Below the pieces are notes generated by a model. The model was not told where the DNA came from. It did not search any database and worked only from the letters and a program-made list of their open reading frames with translations. Position numbers and translations under genes: made by a program. Below, piece by piece: positions 26,564 to 37,899 of a stretch of 64,000 nt of DNA. The DNA lies in NCBI GenBank assembly GCA_964016885.1, contig OZ024742.1, forward strand, positions 226,858,001 through 226,922,000, read 5' to 3'. The first letter of the stretch is position 1. Every line of letters begins with the position of its first letter. The DNA is from Eledone cirrhosa. Taxonomy: Eukaryota.

Positions 26564-27757
26564 TTAGCTGTATACTTTGTGGAATGTTTTGTGGAATGTA
26601 TGCAAGCAGAGAGAAAACAAGTCAGTGCGTCTATTTATTATAGAATCTAAATTAGATATAATGGTAAATTTTTCATTTAGACAGAGATTGCAAATCTTGG
26701 ATAGAGAACTGTTCAAGTATAAAGACGCAGAAGAAACCTTTTTCCAAAAGATGCTATATTTAATATTTTTGTCTTTCAAGGACCATATGAGTTCTGAGAG
26801 AGCCGTCTTGGTTCTTTTAAGTTTGTATTTAAAAGACGAATGATGGTTATAAAGACGAGCTTTAAAGGAGGTGGAAGTGGAGCCAAAATAGGTGAAGGAA
26901 TTGGTGTCAGTTATAACTTTACATTCGTAAATTAAGTTTTTATCAAGACAATGGTTGTTGAGAGGACATTTATTTTTAACAGGGCAATTGCAATTGCGAT
27001 TAGAGAGATTATTAACGAGTGACCTAGTGTTATCTATAGAAGGAATTGGATTGGAGAAGTTATTTGCGATAGGAATAATAGTTTCTTGATTTAGAATGGG
27101 ATTAAGAACATTTAGCGAAGTTGTGTTTGACGTTGTATTTGGGTTTGCAGAAATTAGCCTAGGGTTTACAATGACGTCGGGAGTACTATTACTATTATTA
27201 TGATGTTCAGTGTTGGAAGGAAGAGATTTAGTATTTAGTATTGTATTGTTGTGTTTAGAGATAATGTTGGAAATGTTGGAGGATGTCGAATAGGAAAATT
27301 TTATAGTGTGTTTGTTAAATATTTTACTATAGATATGTGAGGGAGGGAAGCATTTATTTAAGGCACTAAAGAATAATTTAGGAATATTATTATTAATAGA
27401 GATGGAGAAAGGAGCATTATACCAGATTATGTTTTTGTATCTAGGTCTTTTATTAAAGTTATTGGAATGATCATGATTAATTATTCTACTGTAAAATCTT
27501 CTAGAATTTGTTTCTTTACTATATTTGATTTTATCAGGATAGCCGGCTTTAGAAAGCGCGTTATTATAGCAATTGGCGTTAGCATCAAAGATGTTTTTAT
27601 TAGAAGATAGGTTAGATATTCTTTTTCCAATATTACTAACTATAGCATTCTTGATATTAGTAGGATGGTTAGATTTAAAATTAACATAATTTAGGTTCTC
27701 ATTGTTTTTATGGTAAGGGTAATATAGGCCAGTGTCAAGATTAAGAGATACATCCAA
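26564..27757 (-). pseudogene. Penelope-like RT thumb + GIY-YIG endonuclease ORF (truncated, frameshifted upstream)
   Basis: SNHP, IIWYNAPFS, FSYS, CNC-x5-CPL-x3-C, LIY...YFGST..FKARLYNH, TALSELIW, CNLC, CLH motifs. Confidence 0.85.
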
Positions 27758-27941
27758 GAAATTAGCTAGTTTGAGGCTGTTATCAAATTCAATTTTTAGG
27801 TTATGTTGGTTAAAGAGATTACGTATATTGTTCTTAATAATATGTTAACTATGTTGCAATTTAAGATAGTAAAGAGTCCATCGTCACGATAAATTCCACC
27901 GCGAAGTTGAGGAATTTTCCGACTCAAAGAGTTCAAAATAA

Positions 27942-28005
<64 letters not shown>

Positions 28006-28049
28006 ATATATATATATATATAATTTATATATATATATATATATATATG

Positions 28050-28358
28050 TTACGTAATTCCAAAGGAAAGGCAAAAGAAAAAAGAGTGCTCTATGTATAG
28101 AACAGAGCCATTTAATTAGAAAGTGAACATCACAAAATATAACTACTCCATTACCAAAGGTTTCTGGATCATAGATGATAATAATATATATCTGGGTCGT
28201 TCGTCCGATAGAGATGTTATGTTTTTTTCTTCATTTCATATCTTTTTTCCATAACATCTCTATCTGATGAACGACCCAGACATATATATTATTATCGTCT
28301 GTGATCCAGAAACTTTTGGTAACAGAGTAGTTATATTTTGTGTTGTTCACTTTCTAAT

Positions 28359-28362
<4 letters not shown>
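28050..28362 (-). mobile_element. fold-back non-autonomous Penelope-like element in (TA)n
   Basis: Inverted arms 28111-28221 / 28250-28362 plus unpaired tail 28050-28110. Confidence 0.75.
28258..28327 (+). ncRNA. type I hammerhead ribozyme motif (mutated inverted copy at about 28146..28213)
   Basis: ctctat-CTGATGA-...-GAAA-cttttgg-TA-acagag; the other arm gives GAAA-cctttgg-TA-atggag. Confidence 0.6.
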
Positions 28363-28440
<78 letters not shown>

Positions 28441-28443
<3 letters not shown>

Positions 28444-31285
28444 CACAAGAATCAAAGCTATGTTCAAAGCATTTATTCACTTACAATTGTTTCATCCAAA
28501 CCTAGGCTTGGAGTCTTCGGAGAATTTTTCAATGTTTGTACATATAATTGACCTCCTTTCCGATGCAAGAGACATACAGATACATATATATATATATTGA
28601 TGTAATAAGAATAATAACCACACACACACTAGTACGAAGGGTGGCAACAAACGTAATTCACACCAGAGAGGTCACCAAAATACCATAAACGAAAACATCT
28701 CACCAGACATAAAAAACAAAAATAGAAGAAGAACTAATACATTTTTCAACCCCCCTTTCAATCTAAATATCTCTACCAACCTACCTAAGGCTTTCTTCTC
28801 ACTCCTGGATAAAAACTTCCCATCTGGCCACAAGTACCATAGTCTTATAAATAAAAACACCATTAAAATCTCCTACTCTACCACGCCTAACATAGCATAC
28901 CACAGAGCTAGTAGCAATAAAAGAAAGATTAATACTTACTTTCAACAAACTAAAATACAGCAGGGGGTAAACTTTCAAAACAATGTAATATCTGCAAACC
29001 CTGATGTCAATAGTAATAATAGTAATAACACTAGTGAAATCAATAACACTGGGAGCGACAGCCCCCATAGCCATAATGCAATACCTAGCAACCAGACTTC
29101 TACACAACATAATAACCGGCAGGTTAGCATCCAAAAAAATTGTAACTGTAGATCTAATAGAACCTGCCCTTTAGATAAAAACTCATGCACCGTCAGAACT
29201 AGCAACTCTTCTGAAACCTATATAGGCTCTACTTCGAACTGCTTCAAAACCAGATACAATTCAAAACCTCCATTCTTTCAAAAAACACAGTCTAGCCAAC
29301 TCCACTTCACTATCTAGCTACATACACTATCTAAAAACTAGAAATAGATCTTATACACTTCAATGGGAAGTGATAGGTAAGGCGGCATCGTACAGACCAC
29401 CTAATAAATTCTGTAACCTCTGTCTTCTAGAGACCCATACTATAATCTTCTCGAACCTTAACCTCCTTAATAAAAAATCAGAAGTGTTTGCGTCGTGCCA
29501 ACACCGCTTCTGGCACTTCTTCCAAAACTTTAAACCCAATATATAACAATGTCAGACTTGAACCCATCACCGCTTCTAACACCACACCTCAAGGGCACGC
29601 CTTACACCACAACACCACACTCTCTGATCCACTCTATCTCGACACAAATCATTCCATCTATCTATAACTTTATACCCTAGAAATATCCCCATAAACACCT
29701 ACTTTTATTATAATTACTTTCAATTACTTATAATTATGTAGTGATATAATACAGTCTATATAAACTTTAAATACTAGATACAGCAGTGAATTATATATGC
29801 AATTGTAATTAAATGTATGGAGTAATAACATTGGTTATATATAGGATTAATTTATTAACATAAGGGATCTGTCTAACTTATATGTAGGGTGCTGCAATGA
29901 ATTATATGTGAATTATATAAGAATTATATATGCAAGTATAACTTGATGGATAGATTAATGACATTGTAAATGAGGGATGTATTTGTCTACCCTAGAGTTG
30001 TATTTGGTTTTGTCATGTAAACAGCCATACGCTGCTCCATAACTTACTAGGGGTTATGTAGACAAAATTCTAATAGGCCCTCTGATGTGTTTTGAGAGTA
30101 GACTGTATTTACAGTGAACTTTGATATAAAGATATGGCACTTTGTATGGAAAATTCAATTGTAGCACTATATAATGAGGAGTAATCAACTTACTATAGAT
30201 ACCTTTAGTACATTATGATAGAGTAGACTGTATGTAAAATTGAAAACTAGATATAAATATATAACCGTTTATATAAGGGACTCAATTGAGGCACCATATA
30301 ATGTATGTTAGAATAGTGAATTTAGTTATGAGAATCAGCTAGTTACCCCCCCCCCCCCCTTACGCATTAACTCCCCTTAATTACACACATACTTCTGGGT
30401 AATAAACCACTGTACATTCTCGCAGCAGAAAGAACCTATTCTATAAATATGGATTAAAATAACACTGAGCCTCAATACACTACATCAATTTAATGCATCA
30501 AACATTCACTACGGAATCATTGTTACTTATGTGATGGATGTAAAAACTATTTCTTACTTTTTCTGAATGTGAAAATGGTGGTGGATACGAAAACCATAAC
30601 TTTCTTTTGCATCTTCTTTTTATTTTTATTTCTCTGCACACATACTTTTTTGATCTATACTAAAAATACCCTACCACTACAACCACCATAATACTCTTGC
30701 TTACCCGCTTAAAGTGCTTGCATTACATGTAACACCTTACCACACAATAATCGTATAAAAATGAGACACACTTGCATGCTCCATGTGTAACTAACACATA
30801 CACTACCTACTAGATCTGACTATCAAACTATCCTCCTGCATTATCTGTTTTATCTGCAGAATGAATTTTAATTTTGATTTTTATTTTAATTTGATTTTGA
30901 TTTTGATCTTGAATTTGAATTGCTGTACAAAAATAGTATAGTGTAATATATGTCACTCCACTGTACATCAATATATATATATATGTATCTGTATGTCTCT
31001 TGCGTTGGAAAGGAGGTCAATTATATGTACAAACATTGAAAAATGCTCCAAAGACTCCAAGCCTAGGTTTGGATGAAACAATTGTAAGTGAATAAATGCT
31101 TTGAACATAGCTTTGATTCTTGTGAATTCTATATAACTGCTCTGTAGAACAACTGATGTTATTACATTGAGCTATTTATCTTACTGGTAATAAGGTAGTA
31201 ATAAATTACTGACCTTCATTGTTTAAGGTTTAAAATATACATAACTATAAAAAGTTTAATATATACATAACCATAAATAGTATCC

Positions 31286-31290
<5 letters not shown>
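28441..31290 (+). mobile_element. degenerate Naiad-type Penelope-like element with inverted 5' pseudo-LTR
   Basis: FFNPPFNL, KISYS, CNCRSNRTCPL, ETYIGST, CNLC, CQH remnants at 28700-29545; about 150-bp inverted repeat 28441-28590 / 30975-31127 with hammerhead-like ccgaaga-ctccaagcctaggtttggat-GAAA-caattg-TA. Confidence 0.85.
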
Positions 31291-31342
<52 letters not shown>

Positions 31343-31351
<9 letters not shown>

Positions 31352-31562
31352 ACAAGAGGCTGGACTGGTGTAATAAACCTTTCAAGGATTTACACCAGTC
31401 CAGCCTCCTGTTATTTTATAATAATTAACTCCGTACTCGCACCACCAACTACACAAACGAAGACGGTTGAGTTGCATTACGTTGAGTGCTCTCCATAATA
31501 TTACATCAAGGTTGACCATACCGAATGACCAGTTCTATCCAGTGGTGAACCAACAAACCTAA

Positions 31563-31563
<1 letters not shown>
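31343..31563 (+). mobile_element. small hairpin-headed element in (TA)n
   Basis: About 78-bp hairpin 31343-31420 followed by a 140-nt unique tail, (TA)n on both sides. Confidence 0.55.
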
Positions 31564-31594
<31 letters not shown>

Positions 31595-31596
<2 letters not shown>

Positions 31597-31786
31597 CGAA
31601 GGAAATGTGGTAAGGAACCAGGTGGACCATAACGCACCAAAGTACTCAATACTTGAGGTAGTAGAGTGGGTAATAGGAACCAGTAAGACCCCGACAGCTG
31701 AGCTCAAGCCGTTTCGACGGCTAATTCTGGTCCAGAATTAGCCGTCGAAACGGCTTGAGCTCAGCTGTCGGGGTCTTACTGGTTCC

Positions 31787-31790
<4 letters not shown>
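31595..31790 (-). mobile_element. fold-back element with perfect 117-bp palindrome centred on hammerhead stem II
   Basis: 31673-31789 has perfect 58-bp arms; GAAA-cggcttgagctcagctg-TC; relatives at 5643-5805, 35570-35655 and 35951-36148. Confidence 0.8.
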
Positions 31791-31842
<52 letters not shown>

Positions 31843-31849
<7 letters not shown>

Positions 31850-32860
31850 GTAAGTTTGAAGAATTATTAGATAAAATATACCCAGTCTTTCCTCACTCTA
31901 GTCCGTAGAAATCAACCAGATAAATAATCATTTAAATGAGGCTATAAGTTTAAAATGTAACTATGAAGAAATAATAGACAAATGATACAGACTATTTACT
32001 ACGAGCAACAGTCAGATAAAACTTATCTAGTCATTCCTTTTAGCCCGTAGAAATTAACTAGACAAATAATCAATTAAACGGAGTTAGGTCTAAAATATGA
32101 GTAAGAAGAAAAATGCATATAAACTTTACCAAAATTCCTCTAGTCCCGACTATCGACAGTTTCACTCACACTTTGTGGATATATCCGATCCTGGTATTAT
32201 CCATGAGGCTTCGAGCTTATCAAGAGACTCCTCAGGTTTGAACTAAAATTTCCACAGTGATCACTGCCAGAAATGAATTCAAAAATGGCTAAGAATCATC
32301 ACGTGGCTAGTGGTCAAAGTAGAAGGACGTGAATGGTGGCCAGGCGGCAAGTAGGCTGGCTGCTAGAAAGTGCAGCCAGATACTGCCTAAAGTTTTACTC
32401 TACTGTACGGGAGTATATATTAAATTTATAGGGATATATGTATATATTTAGACATATATTTAGACATAGTCACAGATACATATATGAGTGTGGCTAGCTT
32501 TCACAGTGTGGCTCAATGAAAAATTTAATTAAGCAAATAATTATCAATCAGAGTTATATATAAAATTGCAAGTTTGAAGAATTATTAGATAAAATATACC
32601 CAGTCTTTCCTCATCCTAGTCCATAGAAATCAACCAGATAAATAATCATGTAACTATGAAGAAATAATAGACAAATGATACAGACTATTTTCCGAGATAT
32701 ATATAACAGTCAGATAAAATTAACTAGACAAATAATCAATTAAACGGAGCTAGGTCTAAAATATAAGTTAGAAGAAAAAATGCATATAAACTTTACCAAA
32801 ATTCCTCTAGTCCCAACTGTCGACAGTTTCGCTCGCACTTTGTGGATATTTCCAATCCTA
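31843..32860 (-). mobile_element. tandem pseudo-LTR / retrozyme-like element
   Basis: Direct repeat 31843-32190 / 32557-32860; degenerate hammerhead 32142..32229 (-): agtctc-TTGATAA-gctc...gagt-GAAA-ctgtcgatag-TC-gggact. Confidence 0.6.
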
Positions 32861-33990
32861 CTTAGCTTTTGTTGACTTGGAGAAAGCCTTTGACAGAGTC
32901 CCACACTCCATTATCTGGTGGGCCCTTAGAAAGCTAGAAGTAGATGAATGGCTTGTGAGAGCTATACAAGCCATGTATAAAGATACAGTCAGCAAGGTTA
33001 GAATTAACAATGAATATAGTGAAGAATTTAACGTAAAAGTTGGTGTTCATCAAGGCTCTGTCCTTAGCCCCCTCCTGTTTATTATTGCCCTTCAGGCTAT
33101 AACAGAGGAGTTTAAGACTGGCTGCCTATGGGAACTTCTATACGCAGATGATCTAACTCTCATAGCTGAATCTATGGCTGAACTAGAGAAGAAATTCCAA
33201 ACATGGAAGCATGGCCAAGAATCAAAAGGCCTTAGAGTCAACTTGTCTAAGACTAAAGTTCTAGTATGTAGAAAGGAAAATAGGGCACAGGTGCCCTCTG
33301 GGAAATGGCTATGCTCAGTGTGTAGGAAAGGAGTAGGTAGAAATTCTATTTTATGTCCCAAATGCTAACCATGGGTACATAAAAGATGTAGTGGGATCAC
33401 AGGCAAGCTATCTAAGAACGTAGATTTTATATGTGGCCGATGCTCAGGTGCAATAAGTACAAATGGATGTGTAATAGTAATAAACACGAACGGCAAAACA
33501 TAAATGAACTAAGTGAGAAATTAGGAATAAGAGGGATCAGATGCTATTTACTTGAGAGAAGATTACATTGGTATGGTCACGTGATACGCATGGAAGACGA
33601 AAGCTGTATAATAAATTGCAGGGCGATCAAAATTGATGGAAGTTATGGAGTAGGTAGACCCAGAAAAACCTGGGACAACATGGTAAATTCCGACCTTGCA
33701 CACTTGCACCTCTCTAAGACAATGTCACTGGATCGAGATCTTTGGCACCATGCAGTATTAGAGAAGACCCGGCTTCCCTACATGCAAAGTTAACCTACAG
33801 TCAGTAGGCACCTCTTAACCAAATATACACCCCTACTCCATCCTCCCACTCCCACCAAAAACCACCCTTTCTCTATAAATTTATGTTGGTATCACAACAT
33901 CCAGTCCAAACTAAAGAGGTTGTGTAGGTGTCACGACAAAAAAAAAAAAAAAACACACACGGTCCACGCTGTAATGTGGCCATGATGAAG
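32860..33990 (+). mobile_element. RTE LINE, 5'-truncated with internal deletion
   Basis: DLEKAFDRVP...GVHQGSVLSP...LLYADDL...CSVC..., RRLHWYGHV...GRPRKTW, then 3' UTR. Confidence 0.92.
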
Positions 33991-34038
33991 GAATTGTAAT
34001 TCTTCCAATATTGGTTATTCCAATGTCTTGGAATCGTC

Positions 34039-34403
34039 AATCAAGTATATTTCGTAGTTATTTATATTTCATGCTTAGAAAACGAAAGCATGCTTGTTTA
34101 TTTATTTATTGTCTGCAGAATTAGAAACATATTGGAAACATGTTGAATGTGAGAAAAGATTAAGTTATTGTACAATTATATATAACTTATCTAAGGTTAA
34201 TATTCTAATATTCTAATGCATATATTTAATTATTTGCTGTATAGAAATATTTTATCAAATTTTCACTTATAAAATAACTTAATCTTTTCTCACATTCAAC
34301 ATGTTTCTAATGTGTTTCTAATACTGCAAATAATAAATAAATAAACAAGCATGCTTTCGTTTCCTAAGCACGCAATATAAATAAGTACAAAATATACTTG
34401 ATT
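34039..34403. repeat. inverted repeat, arms about 130 bp, spacer about 100 bp
   Basis: aatcaagtatattt...gattaagttatt / aataacttaatc...aaatatacttgatt. Confidence 0.8.
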
Positions 34404-35201
34404 CTAACCACAAATACTCCTCTGAATCTTCAACAATAACTTTTCAAGTATGTCATCTTTTTAAAGAACTTCTATACCAGCTTCATTTCTGAGAAACTAC
34501 ATCTTATCATGTATATGCACCATTAAATACATCACAAAAAATAATGCATTCCACCATTGATTACACAATTAAACAACTGCAACTAAACAAACTTTTGGTG
34601 ATGCTTTCTCACTTTTTAGGTTATTAAAGCACACCGTAAAAACTTTTAGTAAATCATACAGGTCTTCCAGTGTGGAATACCTTATTAGTTGAGGACTTCT
34701 TTTAATTCATCATCTGAAATTCATTCTGTATATATTATTGTTTTTGCCATCTCTATAATTGATATATATGTAAGCTGAGAACTTGTGAAAATAAACTCTG
34801 ATGATACCGTTTTTGAGCCTATTCGCGATCGTCGCATTATAAAAACATAAGGAAATTTAGATAATAATTTTTTTATCATAATTTTCTTAAAAAATTATAA
34901 AATTTTTGTTTTTGTAACTTCATATCCTTGGGATAAAGTTCTAACAGCTGAAACGTATTAGTTTTATAGCACATTGACTCTTTGGTGTTTCTTAATCTTT
35001 ATATATATATATTTAATACAATAACAGAGATAGTTTAAAGCTAAACTCTGACTGGTGACCATCTCACTCAATAAACATTAGGTTATATTTAAATATAAAC
35101 CCAATTTAAGTGTTTGGGGTGCTAACAATATGTATAATGTGGAAAAACCAGTTGTATTATTTTATGAGATATAATTAAAGTTAAAGTATATATATATATA
35201 T

Positions 35202-35357
35202 ATATTTATTATAAGAACAGATTAAAGTTTAAGCAAAGAATCGCTGCTTTCACCCTTAATGGGATCTTCAGAAGATCCCGTTAAGGGTAAAAGCAGCGAT
35301 TCTTTGCTTAAACTTTAATCTGTTCTTATAATAAATATTTGCTCTACGGTTTTTCTA
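35202..35357 (+). mobile_element. 137-bp palindrome plus short tail in (TA)n, axis at a hammerhead core
   Basis: Arms 35202-35269 / 35271-35338; minus strand from the axis reads CTGAAGA-tcccattaagggt-GAAA. Confidence 0.7.
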
Positions 35358-35539
35358 CATATATATATATATATATATATAAAATCCTTATCGAGCCCTC
35401 TTCGGATTCTAGTATTCACATTTATTATTATTTATTATTACTATGTATATATTACTATATATTACTATATATATATATATATATCATCATCATCATCATC
35501 ATCATCATGGACATTAAACGATGATGATGATGATGATGA

Positions 35540-35572
<33 letters not shown>

Positions 35573-35912
35573 ATAAGGTATGACCCCGACGGCAGAGCTC
35601 AACCCATTTCGACGGGGTCATACCTTATCCTATCACCCATTTTACTACCCTAAGTTTTTTTTATTTTTATTTTTATTTGTACTTTTAAAAAAATTTCCAT
35701 TACTCTTTAAAAATTGTTCCCCCCCCCCTTTTTTTTTAAATGTCTTTCCACCACTCCCCCACGCACCCTCGGAACTCTCTTCCTACCCACTGTTCTCCTG
35801 ATGAAGGGCTTATGCCAGAAACGTTGTCCCAAACCCTCCACTCTCAAGCGTGACACTAAAAACCATATCATTTGTACTGCCTCTCTGTTTTTTGTTCTCT
35901 GTTCATTTATTC

Positions 35913-35950
<38 letters not shown>

Positions 35951-35955
<5 letters not shown>

Positions 35956-36148
35956 AAAATGTTTGGCCCCAACGGCAGAGCTGAAGCCATTTTGACGGCT
36001 ATTTCTGGACGTCCAGAAATAGCTGTCGAAACGGCTTGAGCTCTGCCGTTGGGGCCAAACATTTTCCTATTACCCACTCTACTACCCTAAGTATTGAGTA
36101 CTCTGGTGCAGTATGGTCCATCTGGTTCCTTACCACACCTCCTTCGTT
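35951..36148 (+). mobile_element. fold-back element, same family as 31595..31790
   Basis: 120-bp palindrome 35951-36070 plus shared tail tacccactctactacc...ccttcgtt, in (TA)n. Confidence 0.8.
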
Positions 36149-36164
36149 AAATATATATATATAT

Positions 36165-36278
<114 letters not shown>

Positions 36279-36540
36279 GTGTGTGTGTGTATATATATAT
36301 TGGGTGGTTTGTTATGATCCATAGCAGTATTTATTCAACATTACTGTCCCCTTAGAGAGGCTGGGGAACCACGTCATGCACTTTCACAATTAATAATACA
36401 CTAATGCAATTGAGAATATGTGGTAGAAATGTAAATCGTTTACCTTAGGAGGTCCTCTCTTTCTTCATTTCTATATCTAACTACACATCCGAGAACACCA
36501 CTTATTCAATTTCTGGCCTGTAACAAAACACAATAGTTTG

Positions 36541-36750
36541 ATGCTACCATGTAAAAAAGAGCCTGTTTTGGTCCCTTCTACTAAGAAGAGGTTACTTCCC
36601 AGCTTGTCTGCTACTACATGAAAGAGCCTTTCTTTGTTGCTTTGGTTAATGTGATGTCACTTTCTAGTTCAACTGCTACCTCATGAAAGAAAGTCTGTCT
36701 TGATCCCTTCCACTGATGTGATGTCACTTCCCCCCTTTCACTTGTGTAGC
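36541..36750. repeat. diverged tandem repeat, unit about 65 bp, about 3 copies
   Basis: Recurring tgctac...atg(t)aaa...tccctt...gtcactt units. Confidence 0.45.
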
Positions 36751-37681
36751 ATGATGCACTACTCCCAGACTACATTATTATTCTTTAGAGCGGTGGATTG
36801 GTAGAGGGTCGGACGCCATGCTTTGACGCAAAGAGTTACGGCCCTTGCCATTCTGAGTTCAAATCCCGCCGAGGTTAACTTTGCCTTTCATCCTTACGGG
36901 GTCGATAAAATAAAGTACCAGTAATGTACTGGGTAATTGCGGCCTTGTGTCAAAAGTAGAAAAAATTAGAAACAATTATATTTTCATGGTAAAGGCTTTA
37001 CCTCACATAATATCGAATCTATGAGATTTTGATATTATTTATTTTGAGAACTATTCCTTAACATCAGTATGAGCAACCAGTTACAGCTGGTTTGAACAGA
37101 GATGAGAGAATTGAAAAGAGATGAGAGAATTCTGGCCGGGTACAGCCAGTTTAAATGCTAAAAAGATAAGCTAATGTGTTTTGAAAACAAGTGAGGACAC
37201 ATGGACTAGTGTTTAGGGTGTTTACCTCATGTTAGTAAAGTCATGGGTTTGATTCCTTGTCTGGGCAGTATATTGTGTCCTTGAACAATTGTGACGATGT
37301 GTGGCTTAGTGGTTAGGGTGTTTGGTTCATGATTGTAAGGTCATGAGTTTGTTTTCCAGTGGTGTTTTGTGCCCTTTAACAAGACACTTTATTTTACATT
37401 ACTGGAAAAAATGGGTTGTACTTGTAACTCACAGGGTCAGCCTTGTTACATATTGTACTACACTAAATCTCCCAGCGAGTTATGTTAAGAGTACACATGT
37501 CTGAGGAATATTCAGTCATTTGTACTTTTATTTCACAAGCAGAGTATTCCATTGATCAAACAACTGAAACATTTGTCCGAACTACAAAACACATACACAT
37601 ACACATATGTTCAAAACACATACACACACACACACATGCACACGCTCACACTCACACGTATTTTCCATTGCTCTAGTTCAC

Positions 37682-37899
37682 TTAACCCTTTAACATTTAT
37701 ATTACTCTATATTTACTATTGTATTTTCATGGTAAAGGCTTTATCTCATATAATATCTCACATAATATCAAATCTATGAGATTTTGATATTATTTATTTT
37801 GAGAACAATACCTTAGCATCAGTATGAGTGGCCAGTTTAAACAGAAAGAGGTGAGACAATTCTAGCCGGATACGGCTGGTTTAAATGTTAAAGTGTTAA
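37682..37899 (+). mobile_element. piggyBac-type MITE (partial copy also at about 36978-37165)
   Basis: Same family as 6503..6718. Confidence 0.8.

Larger units (their letters stand above)
25510..27945 (-). mobile_element. 5'-truncated Penelope-like element (Naiad-type RT + GIY-YIG), flanked by (TA)n
   Basis: GIYRDDGL RT motif near 27890, FLDVSLNL, long ORF 26564..27757, about 1-kb 3' region ending in a hammerhead. Confidence 0.88.

Noticed and set aside
26564-29545. Selenocysteine (in-frame TGA) reported for some Naiad elements
   Set aside because: The visible conserved Cys positions (CNC, CPL, CNLC, CxH) are TGT/TGC in both elements
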